A stretch of DNA of 64,000 bases from an uncultured Gammaproteobacteria bacterium (GTDB lineage: Bacteria > Pseudomonadota > Gammaproteobacteria > UBA9214). The stretch covers positions 1 to 64,000 of the forward strand of contig CAVYZN010000028.1 in assembly GCA_963773065.1 (NCBI GenBank), in the 5' to 3' direction. The position numbers and the translations under genes are program-made. Below, piece after piece: positions 49,644 through 61,372 of this stretch (its first letter is position 1; each line of letters begins with the position of its first letter). Under the pieces are notes generated by a model, which saw only the letters and a program-made list of their open reading frames with translations, was not told where the DNA came from and did not search any database.

Positions 49644-50102
49644 TCACGCATAGGGGTCCGCAAATCCCAGGCCGGCCAGCAGCCGCGCTTCGAGCGTTTC
49701 CATGCGCCGTGCTTCGCTGTCGTCGTGATGATCATAGCCCTGCAGATGCAATACGCCATGCATCACCAGGTGCGCCCAGTGCGCTTCCAAAGACTTGCGC
49801 TGCCTTACGGCTTCCGCCGCCACCACCGGCGCGCAGATGACCACATCCCCGAGCAGGCCGGAAGTCACACCGGGCAGTGTTTCGTAGGGAAACGACAGCA
49901 CATTGGTCACACCCGACTTGCCGCGATAGCGGTGATTGAGCGCGGTCATCTCCGCCACATCCACGATGCGCACCACCAGTTCCGCCGCCTCCGCTCCGCC
50001 CCGCAGGGCATGCGCCGCCCAGCGCCGTATGGCCTCGGCCGAGGGCAGCGAATCACCGGCGAGGGCAAACTGGACTTCGATAGCAGGCGCCCCCTCGGTC
50101 AT
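49644..50102 (-). CDS. ybeY: rRNA maturation RNase YbeY
   Basis: [17 protein letters not shown]. Confidence 0.96.
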   Translation of the reverse strand: MTEGAPAIEVQFALAGDSLPSAEAIRRWAAHALRGGAEAAELVVRIVDVAEMTALNHRYRGKSGVTNVLSFPYETLPGVTSGLLGDVVICAPVVAAEAVRQRKSLEAHWAHLVMHGVLHLQGYDHHDDSEARRMETLEARLLAGLGFADPYA

Positions 50103-50109
50103 GGCCGCT

Positions 50110-51093
50110 TCATGGTTTGACGGTGTTTGCCCTGTCATAGGCCTCGTACGCCGATATGATCCGCTGCACCAGCGGATGCCGCACCACGTCATGCGATGCA
50201 AAAAAGGTGAAGCTGATGCCAGTCTGCTGTCGGAGCACATCGGTGACCTGGCGCAGGCCAGACTGGGTTTGCTTGGGCAGATCGACCTGGGTAATGTCGC
50301 CCGTCACCACGGCCGTGGAACCGAAACCGATGCGGGTCAGGAACATCTTCATCTGTTCCACCGTGGTGTTCTGCGCCTCATCGAGAATGATGAACGAATC
50401 ATTCAGGCTGCGCCCGCGCATAAAGGCCAGCGGCGCCACTTCGATGACGTTGCGCTCGATGAGTTTGGCGACACGGTCCAACCCGAACATTTCATAAAGC
50501 GCGTCATACAGCGGCCGCAGATAGGGATCCACCTTCTGCACCATGTCGCCAGGCAGGAATCCCAGCCGTTCACCCGCCTCCACGGCCGGGCGCACCAGCA
50601 CCAGCCGGCTGATCTTTTCCTGTTCCAGCGCCTGCACGGCGCAGGCCACGGCCAAATAAGTCTTGCCGGTGCCCGCGGGCCCGATGCCGAAATTCAGATC
50701 GTGTCTCAGGATATTCTGCAGATAATGGCGCTGGTTTATGCCGCGCGGGGTGATAACGGAATGCGGGGTGCGGATCACGATGCCGCGATCATCCTTTGCC
50801 TCGCCGGCATTTTCCGCAGCGGCCTCCTCCTCCTTCAGGTAGAGGTGAATCTTCTCGGGTGTGAGCGATCCCTTCTTGGTTTCCGCGTACAGGCCTTCCA
50901 GTATCCTGGCCGCGCGCGCTACCGAGCCGGTATCGCCGATGATGCGGAACTGGGCGCCACGATTGTTGACCTCCACTCCGAGTCGCTGTTCGAGCTGATG
51001 CAGGTGCTGGTCAAATTGCCCGCACAACTCGGCCAGACGGTCATTGTCCACGGGATCGAGCGCCAAATCGACGGAGTGTATGGGGGAATCCAA
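50110..51093 (-). CDS. ybeZ: PhoH-like ATPase YbeZ
   Basis: [26 protein letters not shown]; start uncertain. Confidence 0.95.
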   Translation of the reverse strand: MDSPIHSVDLALDPVDNDRLAELCGQFDQHLHQLEQRLGVEVNNRGAQFRIIGDTGSVARAARILEGLYAETKKGSLTPEKIHLYLKEEEAAAENAGEAKDDRGIVIRTPHSVITPRGINQRHYLQNILRHDLNFGIGPAGTGKTYLAVACAVQALEQEKISRLVLVRPAVEAGERLGFLPGDMVQKVDPYLRPLYDALYEMFGLDRVAKLIERNVIEVAPLAFMRGRSLNDSFIILDEAQNTTVEQMKMFLTRIGFGSTAVVTGDITQVDLPKQTQSGLRQVTDVLRQQTGISFTFFASHDVVRHPLVQRIISAYEAYDRANTVKP

Positions 51094-51100
51094 TAGCGTC

Positions 51101-52471
51101 TCAGGCGCCGACGGCGGCCATGCCGGTCTTGTTTGCCACGGCTTCCGTTGCAACAACGTCACCGCGCAGTGAATTCGGCAGGGCTTCGGTAATGCGCACC
51201 TCGACGAAGCGCCCGATCAGCGCGGGGTCGGCATCAAAGTTGACGACGCGATTGTTCTCGGTCCGGCCGCAGAGCTGGTCGGCGCGTTTGCGCGAGGCCC
51301 GTTCGACCAGGACACGTTCGATACGGCCCACCATGTTCCGGCTGATCTCGGCAGCCATGGCGTTAATGCGCGCCTGCAGGCGCGCCAGCCGCCGCTTCTT
51401 GACGGCCAGCGGCACATCATCCGGCAATTCGGCGGCCGGAGTACCGGGGCGCCGGCTGTAGACGAAGCTGAAGGAATGATCAAACCCGACCGCCTCGATC
51501 AGCGCCATGGTCTGTTCGAAGTCCGCCTCGGTTTCGCCCGGAAATCCGACGATGAAATCCGACGACAGGCTGATCCCGGGACGCGCCTCCCGCAGGCGAC
51601 GGATGATCGAGCGGTATTCCAGCGCGGTGTGATTGCGCTTCATCAGCGCCAGCACGCGATCAGAGCCGCTCTGCACCGGAAGATGCAGGTGCCCGGCCAG
51701 TTCCGGCAACTCGGCATAGGCCTGGATCAGGCCGTCGCTCATCTCCAGCGGGTGCGAGGTCGTGTAGCGGATGCGGTCGATGCCATCGACGGCCGCAAGA
51801 TAGGTAATCAGCAGCGCCAAGTCGGCGCTATCACCGTCATGCAGCGCCCCGCGGTAGGCGTTGACGTTCTGTCCCAGCAGGGTGATCTCGCGCACGCCCT
51901 GTTCGGCCAGCGCCACGCACTCGGCGATGATGTCGTCGAAGGGACGGCTGATTTCCTCACCGCGCGTGTAAGGTACCACGCAGAAACTGCAGTACTTGCT
52001 GCAGCCCTCCATGATGGAAACGAACGCCGTCGGACCCACGGCGCGCGGCGCCGGCAGGCAGTCGAACTTCTCGACCTCGGGAAAACTCACATCGATGACC
52101 GGTCGGTGCGCACGCCGCGCCTCGTCCAGCATCTGCGGCAGACGATGCAGCGTCTGCGGCCCGAATACCAGATCGACATAGGGCGCCCGGTCGCGAATGG
52201 CTTCCCCTTCCTGGCTGGCTACGCAGCCCCCGACACCGATCACCAGGGCCGGCTTGCGATCCTTCAGTTCCTTCCAGCGGCCCAGCTCGGAGAAGACCTT
52301 TTCCTGCGCCTTTTCGCGGATGGAGCAGGTATTGAGCAGTAATACATCCGCCAAGGCGGGATCATGCACCACCTCGAACTGGTGCGAGACCGCGAGCACG
52401 TCCGCCATCCGTGAGGAATCGTACTCGTTCATCTGGCAACCGTGGGTTTTGATATAGAGTTTGCGTGTCAT
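51101..52471 (-). CDS. miaB: tRNA methylthiotransferase MiaB
   Basis: [17 protein letters not shown] radical-SAM motif, C-terminal TRAM domain. Confidence 0.97.
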   Translation of the reverse strand: MTRKLYIKTHGCQMNEYDSSRMADVLAVSHQFEVVHDPALADVLLLNTCSIREKAQEKVFSELGRWKELKDRKPALVIGVGGCVASQEGEAIRDRAPYVDLVFGPQTLHRLPQMLDEARRAHRPVIDVSFPEVEKFDCLPAPRAVGPTAFVSIMEGCSKYCSFCVVPYTRGEEISRPFDDIIAECVALAEQGVREITLLGQNVNAYRGALHDGDSADLALLITYLAAVDGIDRIRYTTSHPLEMSDGLIQAYAELPELAGHLHLPVQSGSDRVLALMKRNHTALEYRSIIRRLREARPGISLSSDFIVGFPGETEADFEQTMALIEAVGFDHSFSFVYSRRPGTPAAELPDDVPLAVKKRRLARLQARINAMAAEISRNMVGRIERVLVERASRKRADQLCGRTENNRVVNFDADPALIGRFVEVRITEALPNSLRGDVVATEAVANKTGMAAVGA

Positions 52472-52644
52472 TCAACTTAAGAAAGGTTTCGGAACTGCCT
52501 CAATATACTTTGTTCACTGGCCTATTTCCATGCGGGATATTCCCGCCGGCGAAACCGGATTGGCCATATAAACACACGGAAAAAATACGAACCCGACGCA
52601 ATGAAGACATTATTATTCCGTGTGCTTCCGTAGCTGAATCAGTA

Positions 52645-53056
52645 GGGAGCCGGCCGGTAAGCCGGGTTCTGTCGTGGACAGCCATTCATCTGGGATGCAC
52701 GTCACCGCGCACCTCAAGCAACCTACCCGGGAACCATGCGGGCCGCATGATCGTTCCCCTATTTGGTCTTGCTCCGGGTGGGGTTTTCCCTGCCACGTCT
52801 GTTGCCAGACGCGCGGTGCGCTCTTACCGCACCATTTCACCCTTACCGACACCAACGCGCCGGCGGTATATTTTCTGTGGCACTTTCCGTAGGCTCGCGC
52901 CTCCCAGGCGTTACCTGGCACCCTGCCCTGTGGAGCCCGGACTTTCCTCCAGGAAAATGGGGGCAGAGTCAATCTTGTTGGTGATAATCAATGCCGAAAA
53001 CTGGCAAAATAATTGACTCTGACCCCATTTTCCCAGCGACTGTCTGGCCGACTCCC
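52645..53056 (-). ncRNA. rnpB: RNase P RNA, class A
   Basis: GAGGAAAGTCCGGGCTC, AGTGCCACAGAAA, GGTAAGGGTGAAA, ACAGAACCCGGCTTA; complementary ends GGGAGTCGGCC/GGCCGGCTCCC. Confidence 0.98.
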
Positions 53057-53186
53057 GGTGATGATTATAGATGAATGCACCGGATCCGACAGTGACGGCG
53101 ACGGCTAAACATCATGTTTTAATCAAGAAAAGTGTCCTATCTATCTGTTCTCACTCATGTATGGATCAATCGGATGGGATGCGGCG

Positions 53187-53696
53187 TTACCGCTCCTCGT
53201 CCCGCCAGGGCTTGCGGCTGCCGCGGAACAGTTTACCGATAATCCGGTTGATGAAATTCTCGCGCCTGATCCCCGGGATCAGTACCTGTTTCTCACGCAG
53301 CCCGAATTCGCTCTTGAGATGCAGCAGCCCATTGTGGCTGGCATCGATGCTTAGCCCCCTGCGCAAAGCCGTGTAGGCGCTTTCCCGAAATCCCAGTCTG
53401 TGCTCGGCCACGGCAAGGTTGTAATACACCTCGACATCATAGCGCTCACCGACGGCGGCCTTGCGGCACAGCTTTACACCGTTCTTGTCTCCCAGACAGA
53501 CGCGTGTCAGACCATGGAACGAGGTATAGCGGTTCTGGTAGATGTCATCCATCTCGGCCTGTTCGTCGGCGGTACGGAAAAAATTCAGCGCCCCTTCCCA
53601 GTCCTCATTCCTGAAGCACCTCAGGCCGCTGATGAAATCCTCACGCAAGCGTACCCGGCTGCCTGATTCCCAGGGATCGATTTGCGTCATCAGCAT
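53187..53696 (-). CDS. Hypothetical TPR-like protein
   Basis: 169 aa; helical pattern YYNLAVAE...A...LRRGLSID. Confidence 0.6.
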   Translation of the reverse strand: MLMTQIDPWESGSRVRLREDFISGLRCFRNEDWEGALNFFRTADEQAEMDDIYQNRYTSFHGLTRVCLGDKNGVKLCRKAAVGERYDVEVYYNLAVAEHRLGFRESAYTALRRGLSIDASHNGLLHLKSEFGLREKQVLIPGIRRENFINRIIGKLFRGSRKPWRDEER

Positions 53697-53950
53697 CTCC
53701 CGATTAATTCGTTTTCTGATAAAACGACACGCGTGCTAAAAACCCGGAACCGGCACACCGGCGCCCCGGCCGCAGGAGATTAAGGTCAGAGATTGAGTCT
53801 GTGCGCCATCCCCGCACCCCGGCGGTAATGATTAATAAAATCATGTAAAAACGCAACCGCGGGGTTGCTTGACGCCATCCCGGGCATGCTTCACCCTTGC
53901 GCCTTCCTCTTCAACCCGATTTCCCGGATGCCGACGTTAAGGTTACCGAG

Positions 53951-55447
53951 ATGAAAATTCTGTTTGCCAGCAGTGAAGCCCACCCGCTGATCAAAACCGG
54001 CGGACTCGCCGACGTTTCCGGCAGCTTGCCCCGCGCCATTCTCAACCAGCGCCAGGACATCCGGCTCATCATCCCAGCCTATCGACAGGTACTTCAACAG
54101 GCCAGTCGTCTGGAGCTTGTCGCCCATCTCGAACTGCCGGATGTCGATGAACCGGTGCGCATCCTCTGCGGGCATTTACCCGGCAGCAAGGTCACACTCT
54201 ACCTGGTCGACTCACCCGCTCATTTCGACCGTGAAGGCAATCCTTATACCATGGATGATGGCGATCCCTGGCCGGACAACGCCGAGCGTTTCAGCATATT
54301 CTGCCGCGCCATTTACGCCGTCGCCGTGGACGCGGCCGGGCTTGGCTGGCGGGCGGATATCGTGCATTGCAACGACTGGCAAACCGGGCTGGTTCCGCCC
54401 ATGCTGGCCGAAACACCCGCTGCACCGGCATCCATTTTCACCATACACAACCTCGCCTACCAGGGCCAGTTCGACTGGGACACATTCGAATCCCTCAGGC
54501 TACCGCCACACTGGTGGTCGATGGAGGCAATGGAGTTTCATGACCACTTCTCGTTTATCAAGGGCGGTCTGGTGTTCGCCGACTGGCTCACGACCGTCAG
54601 CCCGACCTACGCGCAGGAGATCCGCACCCGGGCGTTCGGTTGTGGACTGGAGGGCCTGCTCAACCACCGCAAGGAAAATCTGACCGGTATCCTGAACGGC
54701 GTGGATTACACCATCTGGAATCCCGGCGGCGATCCGCAAATTCCGGTTCCGTACAACCGCCGTTCGCTGTTCCACAAAGCCGAAAACAAGCGCGCCCTGC
54801 AGGAGCGCTTTGGGTTGCCCGTGAATGACTCGGCCCCGTTGTTTGCCATCATCAGCCGTCTGGTCAACCAGAAAGGGATTGACCTGGTCCTGGATATCCT
54901 GCCGGATCTGATCCTGCAGGGGGCGCAACTGGTGGTGCTTGGCAGCGGCGACAAGCTGCTTGAAGCCGCCTTGCGCAAAGCAGGCAAACAAAACCCGGAA
55001 AACATCGGCCTTCATATCGGTTATGACGAACCCCTGGCGCACCATATCGAGGCCGGCGCGGATATTTTCCTGATGCCCTCGCGCTTTGAACCCTGCGGTC
55101 TGAACCAGATCTACAGTCTGCGCTATGGAACCGTACCGATCGTCCGCCAAACCGGTGGTCTGGCGGACACGGTCATCGATACCGCGGCGGAAACCCTGGC
55201 CAACAAGACCGCCACGGGCTTCTGTTTTGACATACCCTCGGCCGACGCCCTGTGGGGGGCCGTGGAACGTGCGCTCCACCACTACCGTGAACCCGAAGTC
55301 TGGCGGCAACTGGTCGAAACCGGCATGCGCCAGGATTTCAGTTGGAGGCGCAGCGCGGAACGCTATATCGAATTGTATGAGCGGGTGCTCACGCGTCGCC
55401 AGTACGGCAGCCCGCTGACATCAACTACAACTACAATGTCTTACTAA
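53951..55447 (+). CDS. glgA: Glycogen synthase
   Basis: KTGGLADV, HCNDWQ, TIHNLAYQG, PSRFEPCGL. Confidence 0.97.
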   Translation: MKILFASSEAHPLIKTGGLADVSGSLPRAILNQRQDIRLIIPAYRQVLQQASRLELVAHLELPDVDEPVRILCGHLPGSKVTLYLVDSPAHFDREGNPYTMDDGDPWPDNAERFSIFCRAIYAVAVDAAGLGWRADIVHCNDWQTGLVPPMLAETPAAPASIFTIHNLAYQGQFDWDTFESLRLPPHWWSMEAMEFHDHFSFIKGGLVFADWLTTVSPTYAQEIRTRAFGCGLEGLLNHRKENLTGILNGVDYTIWNPGGDPQIPVPYNRRSLFHKAENKRALQERFGLPVNDSAPLFAIISRLVNQKGIDLVLDILPDLILQGAQLVVLGSGDKLLEAALRKAGKQNPENIGLHIGYDEPLAHHIEAGADIFLMPSRFEPCGLNQIYSLRYGTVPIVRQTGGLADTVIDTAAETLANKTATGFCFDIPSADALWGAVERALHHYREPEVWRQLVETGMRQDFSWRRSAERYIELYERVLTRRQYGSPLTSTTTTMSY

Positions 55448-55610
55448 GACCCTCACAAACAATGCCACGAGGTCCGGGAGGGCCTTGTCGGAACACGCCG
55501 TGAATACGTCCCTGTAGGCTCGCGTACCGCCGTCCTGGACGGTACACGGTTTCCGGCAAGCCCCTCCCGGACCGCGCCCTTGTAAAGTGGCTCTTCTAAC
55601 GAAGGTCTTA
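55445..55610. repeat. MITE/REPIN-like palindromic element
   Basis: Ends taagacc/ggtctta; inner IR gtccgggaggg.cttg.cggaa / ttccggcaagcccctcccggac. Confidence 0.65.
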
Positions 55611-55727
55611 ATGGAAAAACTATCTCCAGAGATTTACATATGCTGCATTTAACCGGGAAGCGACGATGCTGCGTATAATCCGCTACCCGGAAACCTTGAA
55701 CAGTCCTCGCTCCGTCGTGCCCTGTTT

Positions 55728-58565
55728 GTGTCCATGACCCGACAGACCATTCCCGTATTCGACCAGCCCCGCGACCGGGAACTGCGCAGCCGGGTGCGTC
55801 TGTTTGACGACCTCCTCGGTGAAGTCCTGCAGGAGCAGACCGGCGCGCGGGTGCTGTCCGCCGTCGAGACTCTGCGCAAGGGTTATACCCGATTGCGCAA
55901 GCAGGAGAGTCACGCCTTGCGCACCCGCCTGAGCCGGCTTATCGAAGGCTTGCAGCCTGATGAACTGACTTATGTCATACGCGCCTTCAATATTTACTTC
56001 AGTCTGGTCAACATCGCCGAAGAGGCCTTTCAGCATCGGCAGCGCCGGCGGCTGGCGCGCCAGCAAGGCCCGCTGTGGTTCGGTTCCTTCACCCAGACCC
56101 TGCAGGAATTCCACGATGAAGGCGTGGAACCCTACCAACTGCAGATCCTGCTGAACCAGGCGCGCTACCTGCCCGTCTTTACCGCGCACCCGACCGAGGC
56201 CATACGCCGCACCGTCATGCTGGCATTGCGCCGCCTTTTTCTGACCAGCGAGAAGCTCGATGACAGGCGGCTGACCCGTGAGGAACGCGCCGACATCGTC
56301 CAGGAGCTGAAGCAACAGATACAGGTCCTGTGGAAGACCGATGAGGTGCGCCTGCACAAACCTACCGTCGAGGATGAAATCCGCAACGGCCTTTATTACT
56401 TCCGCGAAAGTCTGTTCGATGCCGTGCCGCAGACCTACCGCTACCTGGAAAAGGCGATTCGGCGCGTCTACTCATCGGACGACGGCAGGCCGGTCGTCAC
56501 CGTCCCCGGCGGACTGCTGCGTTTCGGGTCGTGGATAGGCGGCGACCGCGACGGCAATCCCTACGTCACGCCGGCCACGACGGTGACCGCCCTGCGCATG
56601 CATAGGCGCGAGGTGCTGATCGCCTATCTGCGCCGGGTGGAGGAACTGGGCAAGCGCCTGACACATTCCGATCGGCTGTGCACCTTATCACCCTCGCTCA
56701 TCGAGAGCATCAAGGCGGATGAGGCGAATTTCACCGCGGCCTACGCCGCTGCTCCCCGGCGCTACCTGCACGAGCCCTACCGGCGCAAACTCGGCTACAT
56801 GCGCCATCGCCTGAAACTGAATCTGGCGGCCATCATCCGGCGGATGGACGATCCGGCCGCTGATCCGGCGGAATGGCGCACCGGCTATGCCGGCGAGCAG
56901 GAATTCCTGCAGGACCTGCAACTGATCCGTGATTCGCTCAATGCCAACAACGACGCCAGTCTCGCCGAAGGCCGGCTGAAAGACCTGATCCGCCAGGTGG
57001 AGACCTTCGGCTTTTTCCTCATGCACCTCGATATCCGCCAGGAGTCCACGCGCCATACCGCGGCCGTTATCGATATCTGCCGCCGCCTACCCGGTCAGCC
57101 TGATTATGCCGCGCTCGATGAACCTGCCCGCCAGGAATTCCTCACCCGGGCGCTGGAGTCGCCGCCGCCGGCGCTCAGCCGCGACAAACTCACCGCCGGG
57201 ACACGGGAGACCCTGGAGGTGTTCGACGTCATGCGGCGCATGCAGAAGGAGGTCGGCGAAAACGCCTTCGGCAACTACGTCATCTCCATGACCCACACCG
57301 CCAGCCATATCCTCGAAGTCATGTACCTCGCCTGGCTGACCGGACTGGCTGGCCGGGAGGCGGATGCCTGGTTCTGCAAAATCCGCCTCAGCCCGCTGTT
57401 CGAGACCATCGGCGACCTCAAGCACATCGAAGATGTCCTGACGCAGTTGCTGGGCAACGCCACCTATCGGATATTGCTGAATTGCGCCTGCAAATGTCAG
57501 GAAATCATGCTGGGCTATTCCGACTCCTGCAAGGACGGCGGCATTCTCGCCTCCACCTGGAGCCTGTACGAGGCGCAGAAAAAGATCATCGCCATCGCCG
57601 ACCGCTACCAGATCCAGGTGCGGCTGTTTCACGGGCGCGGCGGCACCATCAGCCGCGGCGGCGGACCCACCCATGAGTCGATCCTGGCCCAACCGCCGGG
57701 CACCGTGCGTGGCCAGATCAAGTTCACCGAACAGGGCGAGGTGCTGCGTTACAAGTACAGCAACGCCGAGACCGCGGTCTACGAACTGGCCATGGGACTC
57801 ACCGGGCTGCTGAAGGCGAGCCTTATCGTGATCAAGCCGCACCGGGAGGACCGCCGCGACTACATGGGCATCATGGACGAACTGACCCGCCTCGGAGAAG
57901 CCGGCTATCGCGACCTGGTCGATCACACCGCGGGACTGTTCGACTACTTCTACGAAGCCACGCCGGTGACCGAGATCGGTCTGCTGAATATCGGCTCGCG
58001 TCCCTCGCACCGCCAGCAGCAGGACCGGTCCAAATCCTCCATCCGCGCCATACCATGGGTGTTCGGCTGGGCGCAATCGCGCCATACCCTGCCGGCATGG
58101 TATGGGCTCGGCACGGCGCTGGAGCAATGGCGCCAGGGCGACCCCGCCCGCCTGGCCACGCTGCAAACCATGTACCGGGGCTGGCCTTTTTTCGGTGCCC
58201 TGCTGAGCAATATCCAGATGGCGTTGTTCAAGGGCGAGATGAACATCGCACGGGAATACACCCGGCTCGCCGGCGACCAGGAGAGCGCGGAACGCATCTA
58301 TGACAAGATACGCGAGGAGTACCGGCGCACCGTTACCCAGGTACTGAATGTCTGCGGCATACAGCTCCTGCTGGAGGAAAGCCAGTCGCTCGGGCTGTCG
58401 CTGTATCGGCGCAATCCCTACCTCGATCCGCTGAACAACATCCAGGTGACGCTGCTCTCGCGCTATCGCGATACCAGCCGCGGCGAGGTGGAGCGGGAGC
58501 GCTGGCTGCATCCCCTGCTGCGCTCCATCAACGCCATCGCCAGTGGCATGCGCAACACCGGCTGA
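55728..58565 (+). CDS. ppc: Phosphoenolpyruvate carboxylase
   Basis: VFTAHPTE, GGDRDGNP, MLGYSDSCKDGG, FHGRGG, RAIPWVF, terminal MRNTG. Confidence 0.98.
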   Translation: MSMTRQTIPVFDQPRDRELRSRVRLFDDLLGEVLQEQTGARVLSAVETLRKGYTRLRKQESHALRTRLSRLIEGLQPDELTYVIRAFNIYFSLVNIAEEAFQHRQRRRLARQQGPLWFGSFTQTLQEFHDEGVEPYQLQILLNQARYLPVFTAHPTEAIRRTVMLALRRLFLTSEKLDDRRLTREERADIVQELKQQIQVLWKTDEVRLHKPTVEDEIRNGLYYFRESLFDAVPQTYRYLEKAIRRVYSSDDGRPVVTVPGGLLRFGSWIGGDRDGNPYVTPATTVTALRMHRREVLIAYLRRVEELGKRLTHSDRLCTLSPSLIESIKADEANFTAAYAAAPRRYLHEPYRRKLGYMRHRLKLNLAAIIRRMDDPAADPAEWRTGYAGEQEFLQDLQLIRDSLNANNDASLAEGRLKDLIRQVETFGFFLMHLDIRQESTRHTAAVIDICRRLPGQPDYAALDEPARQEFLTRALESPPPALSRDKLTAGTRETLEVFDVMRRMQKEVGENAFGNYVISMTHTASHILEVMYLAWLTGLAGREADAWFCKIRLSPLFETIGDLKHIEDVLTQLLGNATYRILLNCACKCQEIMLGYSDSCKDGGILASTWSLYEAQKKIIAIADRYQIQVRLFHGRGGTISRGGGPTHESILAQPPGTVRGQIKFTEQGEVLRYKYSNAETAVYELAMGLTGLLKASLIVIKPHREDRRDYMGIMDELTRLGEAGYRDLVDHTAGLFDYFYEATPVTEIGLLNIGSRPSHRQQQDRSKSSIRAIPWVFGWAQSRHTLPAWYGLGTALEQWRQGDPARLATLQTMYRGWPFFGALLSNIQMALFKGEMNIAREYTRLAGDQESAERIYDKIREEYRRTVTQVLNVCGIQLLLEESQSLGLSLYRRNPYLDPLNNIQVTLLSRYRDTSRGEVERERWLHPLLRSINAIASGMRNTG

Positions 58566-58657
58566 CGGCCCCGCCGGGGATGCTCTCAAGCGTTCGCGGA
58601 AGGTGCCGTCTATAGGTTATAGTATCCGCACCGCCACCGACCGGAGTCCCCTTGTCC

Positions 58658-60031
58658 ATGGCAACCCGACTCGCACTCGTAGTCGATGATTCCAAAACCG
58701 CACGCGTGACCCTGCAACGCATGCTGGAAAAGCAGGGTCTGGACGTCGACGCGCTGGAGTCCGCGCAGGCTGCTTTGCATTACCTTATCAACAAGGTCCC
58801 GGATGTGATTTTCATGGATCACATGATGCCCGGCATGGACGGTTTCCAGGCGGTTGAAGCCATCAAGAACAATCCGGACACCGCCACCATCCCCATCATG
58901 ATGTTCACCTCCAAAGGCGGCGACCTGTATGTCAGCCAGGCGCGCGCCCTCGGCGCAATCGGCATCCTGCCCAAGGAGGTCCAGCCGGCCGAGTTGTATC
59001 AGGTGCTCACCAATCTCGGTCTGGTGAAAGACCGGCGCACCAAGACGGTACCGGGCAAGAGCGCCTTCGTGCTGCTCGACACCCCTCCCGAGATTGCCGT
59101 CTCAGGGACCACCGAAGACATCCAGGAGATCGCCCGAAAGGCCGCCGAATCCGTATCAAGTAACAATGAATTACATGAACATATTGGTGTGCTGCTTGAG
59201 GATCATTACGGTGCTATCAGGCAGGAGATCCGGAATCTCCGGCACCGCATCGAGCAGGACGTTGTAGCCGAATCCGCCGACAACACGGCTAATGCCGCGC
59301 GACTGGCGATAGCGCGTACGGCCGGCCTGCTGATCGCCCTCGTGCTGGTCGGGATGATGCTGGTACCCTCGGTCTGGCTGTACCGTCATAACGACGAGAC
59401 CCGTCTGGCGCTGAACGATGCACGACTCGAAATCGACCGCCTGCGCACTCTTCAGCAGGAGGAAAAAACCGCCATCGAGGAGCGTGCCTCGCTGCGCGCC
59501 CGGCTGGACAAACAAAGAAGCAATCGCGCCGCCACGAACCCCGAGTTGCTGTACAACAGCATCGTATGGGCCATCAACCAAAGCAGCCCCTACGACTTCC
59601 ACGAAGAAGCCTTCAGCGACCGGCGGTTGGCGATGGTCTACGAACTGGTTTCACGCCTGCAGGCCGTCGGTTTCAAGGGTGTGGTACAACTCCACTCCTA
59701 TCTGGGCGAGTTCTGTCTCGCCGGCAACGAGGTGGATGGTTACACGCTCGCCTCCCCTGATCTGCCGGTGCGTGAATGCGCCACCTTCGGACATCCCTTG
59801 CAGGGTCTCCCAGCGCTCGGGGAAAGGCAGTCGATCGCCTTTGCCAACTTCCTCGCCACCTCACCGCTGGTGAATGGCGGCGGCATCAGGATCCAGATCA
59901 TTTCCCACCAGTTCAGCAAGCCGCAACTGGACTACCCATCCCGTGACTCCGACGTCACGGCCAATGAATGGAATCGAATCGCCGCGGCCAACAACCGGGT
60001 TGAAGTGGCGCTGGTGCCCGCGAAACCGTAA
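58658..60031 (+). CDS. Response regulator receiver protein with TM segment and uncharacterised C-terminal domain
   Basis: VVDDS, FMDHMMPGMDG, LPK receiver motifs; hydrophobic stretch AGLLIALVLVGMMLVPSVWL. Confidence 0.85.
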   Translation: MATRLALVVDDSKTARVTLQRMLEKQGLDVDALESAQAALHYLINKVPDVIFMDHMMPGMDGFQAVEAIKNNPDTATIPIMMFTSKGGDLYVSQARALGAIGILPKEVQPAELYQVLTNLGLVKDRRTKTVPGKSAFVLLDTPPEIAVSGTTEDIQEIARKAAESVSSNNELHEHIGVLLEDHYGAIRQEIRNLRHRIEQDVVAESADNTANAARLAIARTAGLLIALVLVGMMLVPSVWLYRHNDETRLALNDARLEIDRLRTLQQEEKTAIEERASLRARLDKQRSNRAATNPELLYNSIVWAINQSSPYDFHEEAFSDRRLAMVYELVSRLQAVGFKGVVQLHSYLGEFCLAGNEVDGYTLASPDLPVRECATFGHPLQGLPALGERQSIAFANFLATSPLVNGGGIRIQIISHQFSKPQLDYPSRDSDVTANEWNRIAAANNRVEVALVPAKP

Positions 60032-60138
60032 AGACCGGGAATCGATAGGCGGCCGCGCCGCCCCACGCAAGCAGCAGGGCGAGGCTTACCAGAATCAGCG
60101 CACCGGCGCGTCGAGGAACGGCGCAAGGAGCGCGGAAC

Positions 60139-61372
60139 CTAATCCGTGATGTGGAACAGGCGGCCGTCGTAGCTCACGACATAGATCTCGCCGTTGTTCG
60201 CCTCACCGAAGGACGACATGTTCAGGCCGGTATCGAGACCGGTGGTCACTTCCAGCGTCGGCGCGGTGGTATTCGGAATGTTCCAGATTCTGCCGGTGCC
60301 GAAGTCGCCGAAGATGTAGCGGCCCCCCAGGGCCGGGTACGCGGAGCCGCGATACACGTAGCCACCCGTGACCGTGGTGCCGACCGTGCGCCCGTAGTCT
60401 ACGATCGGCGCCTGCAGATTCGAGGGTGAGCCGCAGGCGAGTCCCGTATTGCGCGTGCCCTCGAAGCAGCGCCAGCCGTAATTGCCGCCGAGCGCGACGC
60501 GATCGACTTCCTCGCGCGCGCTTTGCCCCACGTCGCCGACCCAGAGCTCGCCCGTCTGCCGGTCGAAACTCCAGCGCCAGGGATTGCGGAATCCCCAGGC
60601 AAAGATTTCCGGGCAGTTCATGGTCCCGGAACCGTTGGCGCCGCAGGGCGGATTGGCGGCGAAGGGGTTGCCCGACGGGATCCGGTAGTTGAAGCCGCCC
60701 GCGCCCGCGGCGATGTCGATGCGCAGCATCTTGCCGAGCAGGGTGGTAAGCAACTGGGCGTTGCCAATGGCACCGTGCTGATCGTTGCCGCCGCCGCCAT
60801 CGCCGATGCCAAGGTACAGGAATCCATCATCCGGCCCGAAGGCGATCCCGCCGCCGTTGTGATTGTCTTCCGGCTTGTCGATCGTGAGCAGAATCCGCTC
60901 CGAGGCTGGGTCGAGCGTGCCACCGCCATCGGGCGTCGTGAATTCCGCGAGCCGCGACACCAGGCCCGCTGACGCGTCGGAGTAGGAATAGAAGAGATAC
61001 GCACGCGGATCGGTCGGGAAATTGGGATGGAAGGCCATGCCCAGCAGTCCCGTTTCGCCGGCGGAGGTCACCCGTGCCGAGATATCGATGAACGTAGAGG
61101 AGGTCGTGACCATTGAGTTGTTGTCGAACACGCGCACGCGCCCCGCCTGTTCGACGACGAACCAGCGCGTGCTATCGCCGGGCGCCTGCAACATGGCCAC
61201 CGGGCTGCTGAATGAAAGGCCTGCGAATATCGGTTCGATCCCGACCGTCACGGTGGGTCGGCGGTGGCGACGATGTGCCGCCGCCCCCACCGGAGCTTCC
61301 GCCGCCGCAGCCACACAGGATGAGTGCGCCGCCCAGAACCACGATCCAGCGCCAGCGCAGCAGGTTGGTCAT
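60139..61372 (-). CDS. PQQ-dependent glucose/sorbosone dehydrogenase family lipoprotein (frameshift near 61260)
   Basis: Lipobox LCGC; GLLGMAFHP, NHNGG, GFRNPWR, NYGW. Confidence 0.9.

Noticed and set aside
52465-53016. ORFs overlapping rnpB
   Set aside because: The region is fully explained by the RNase P RNA
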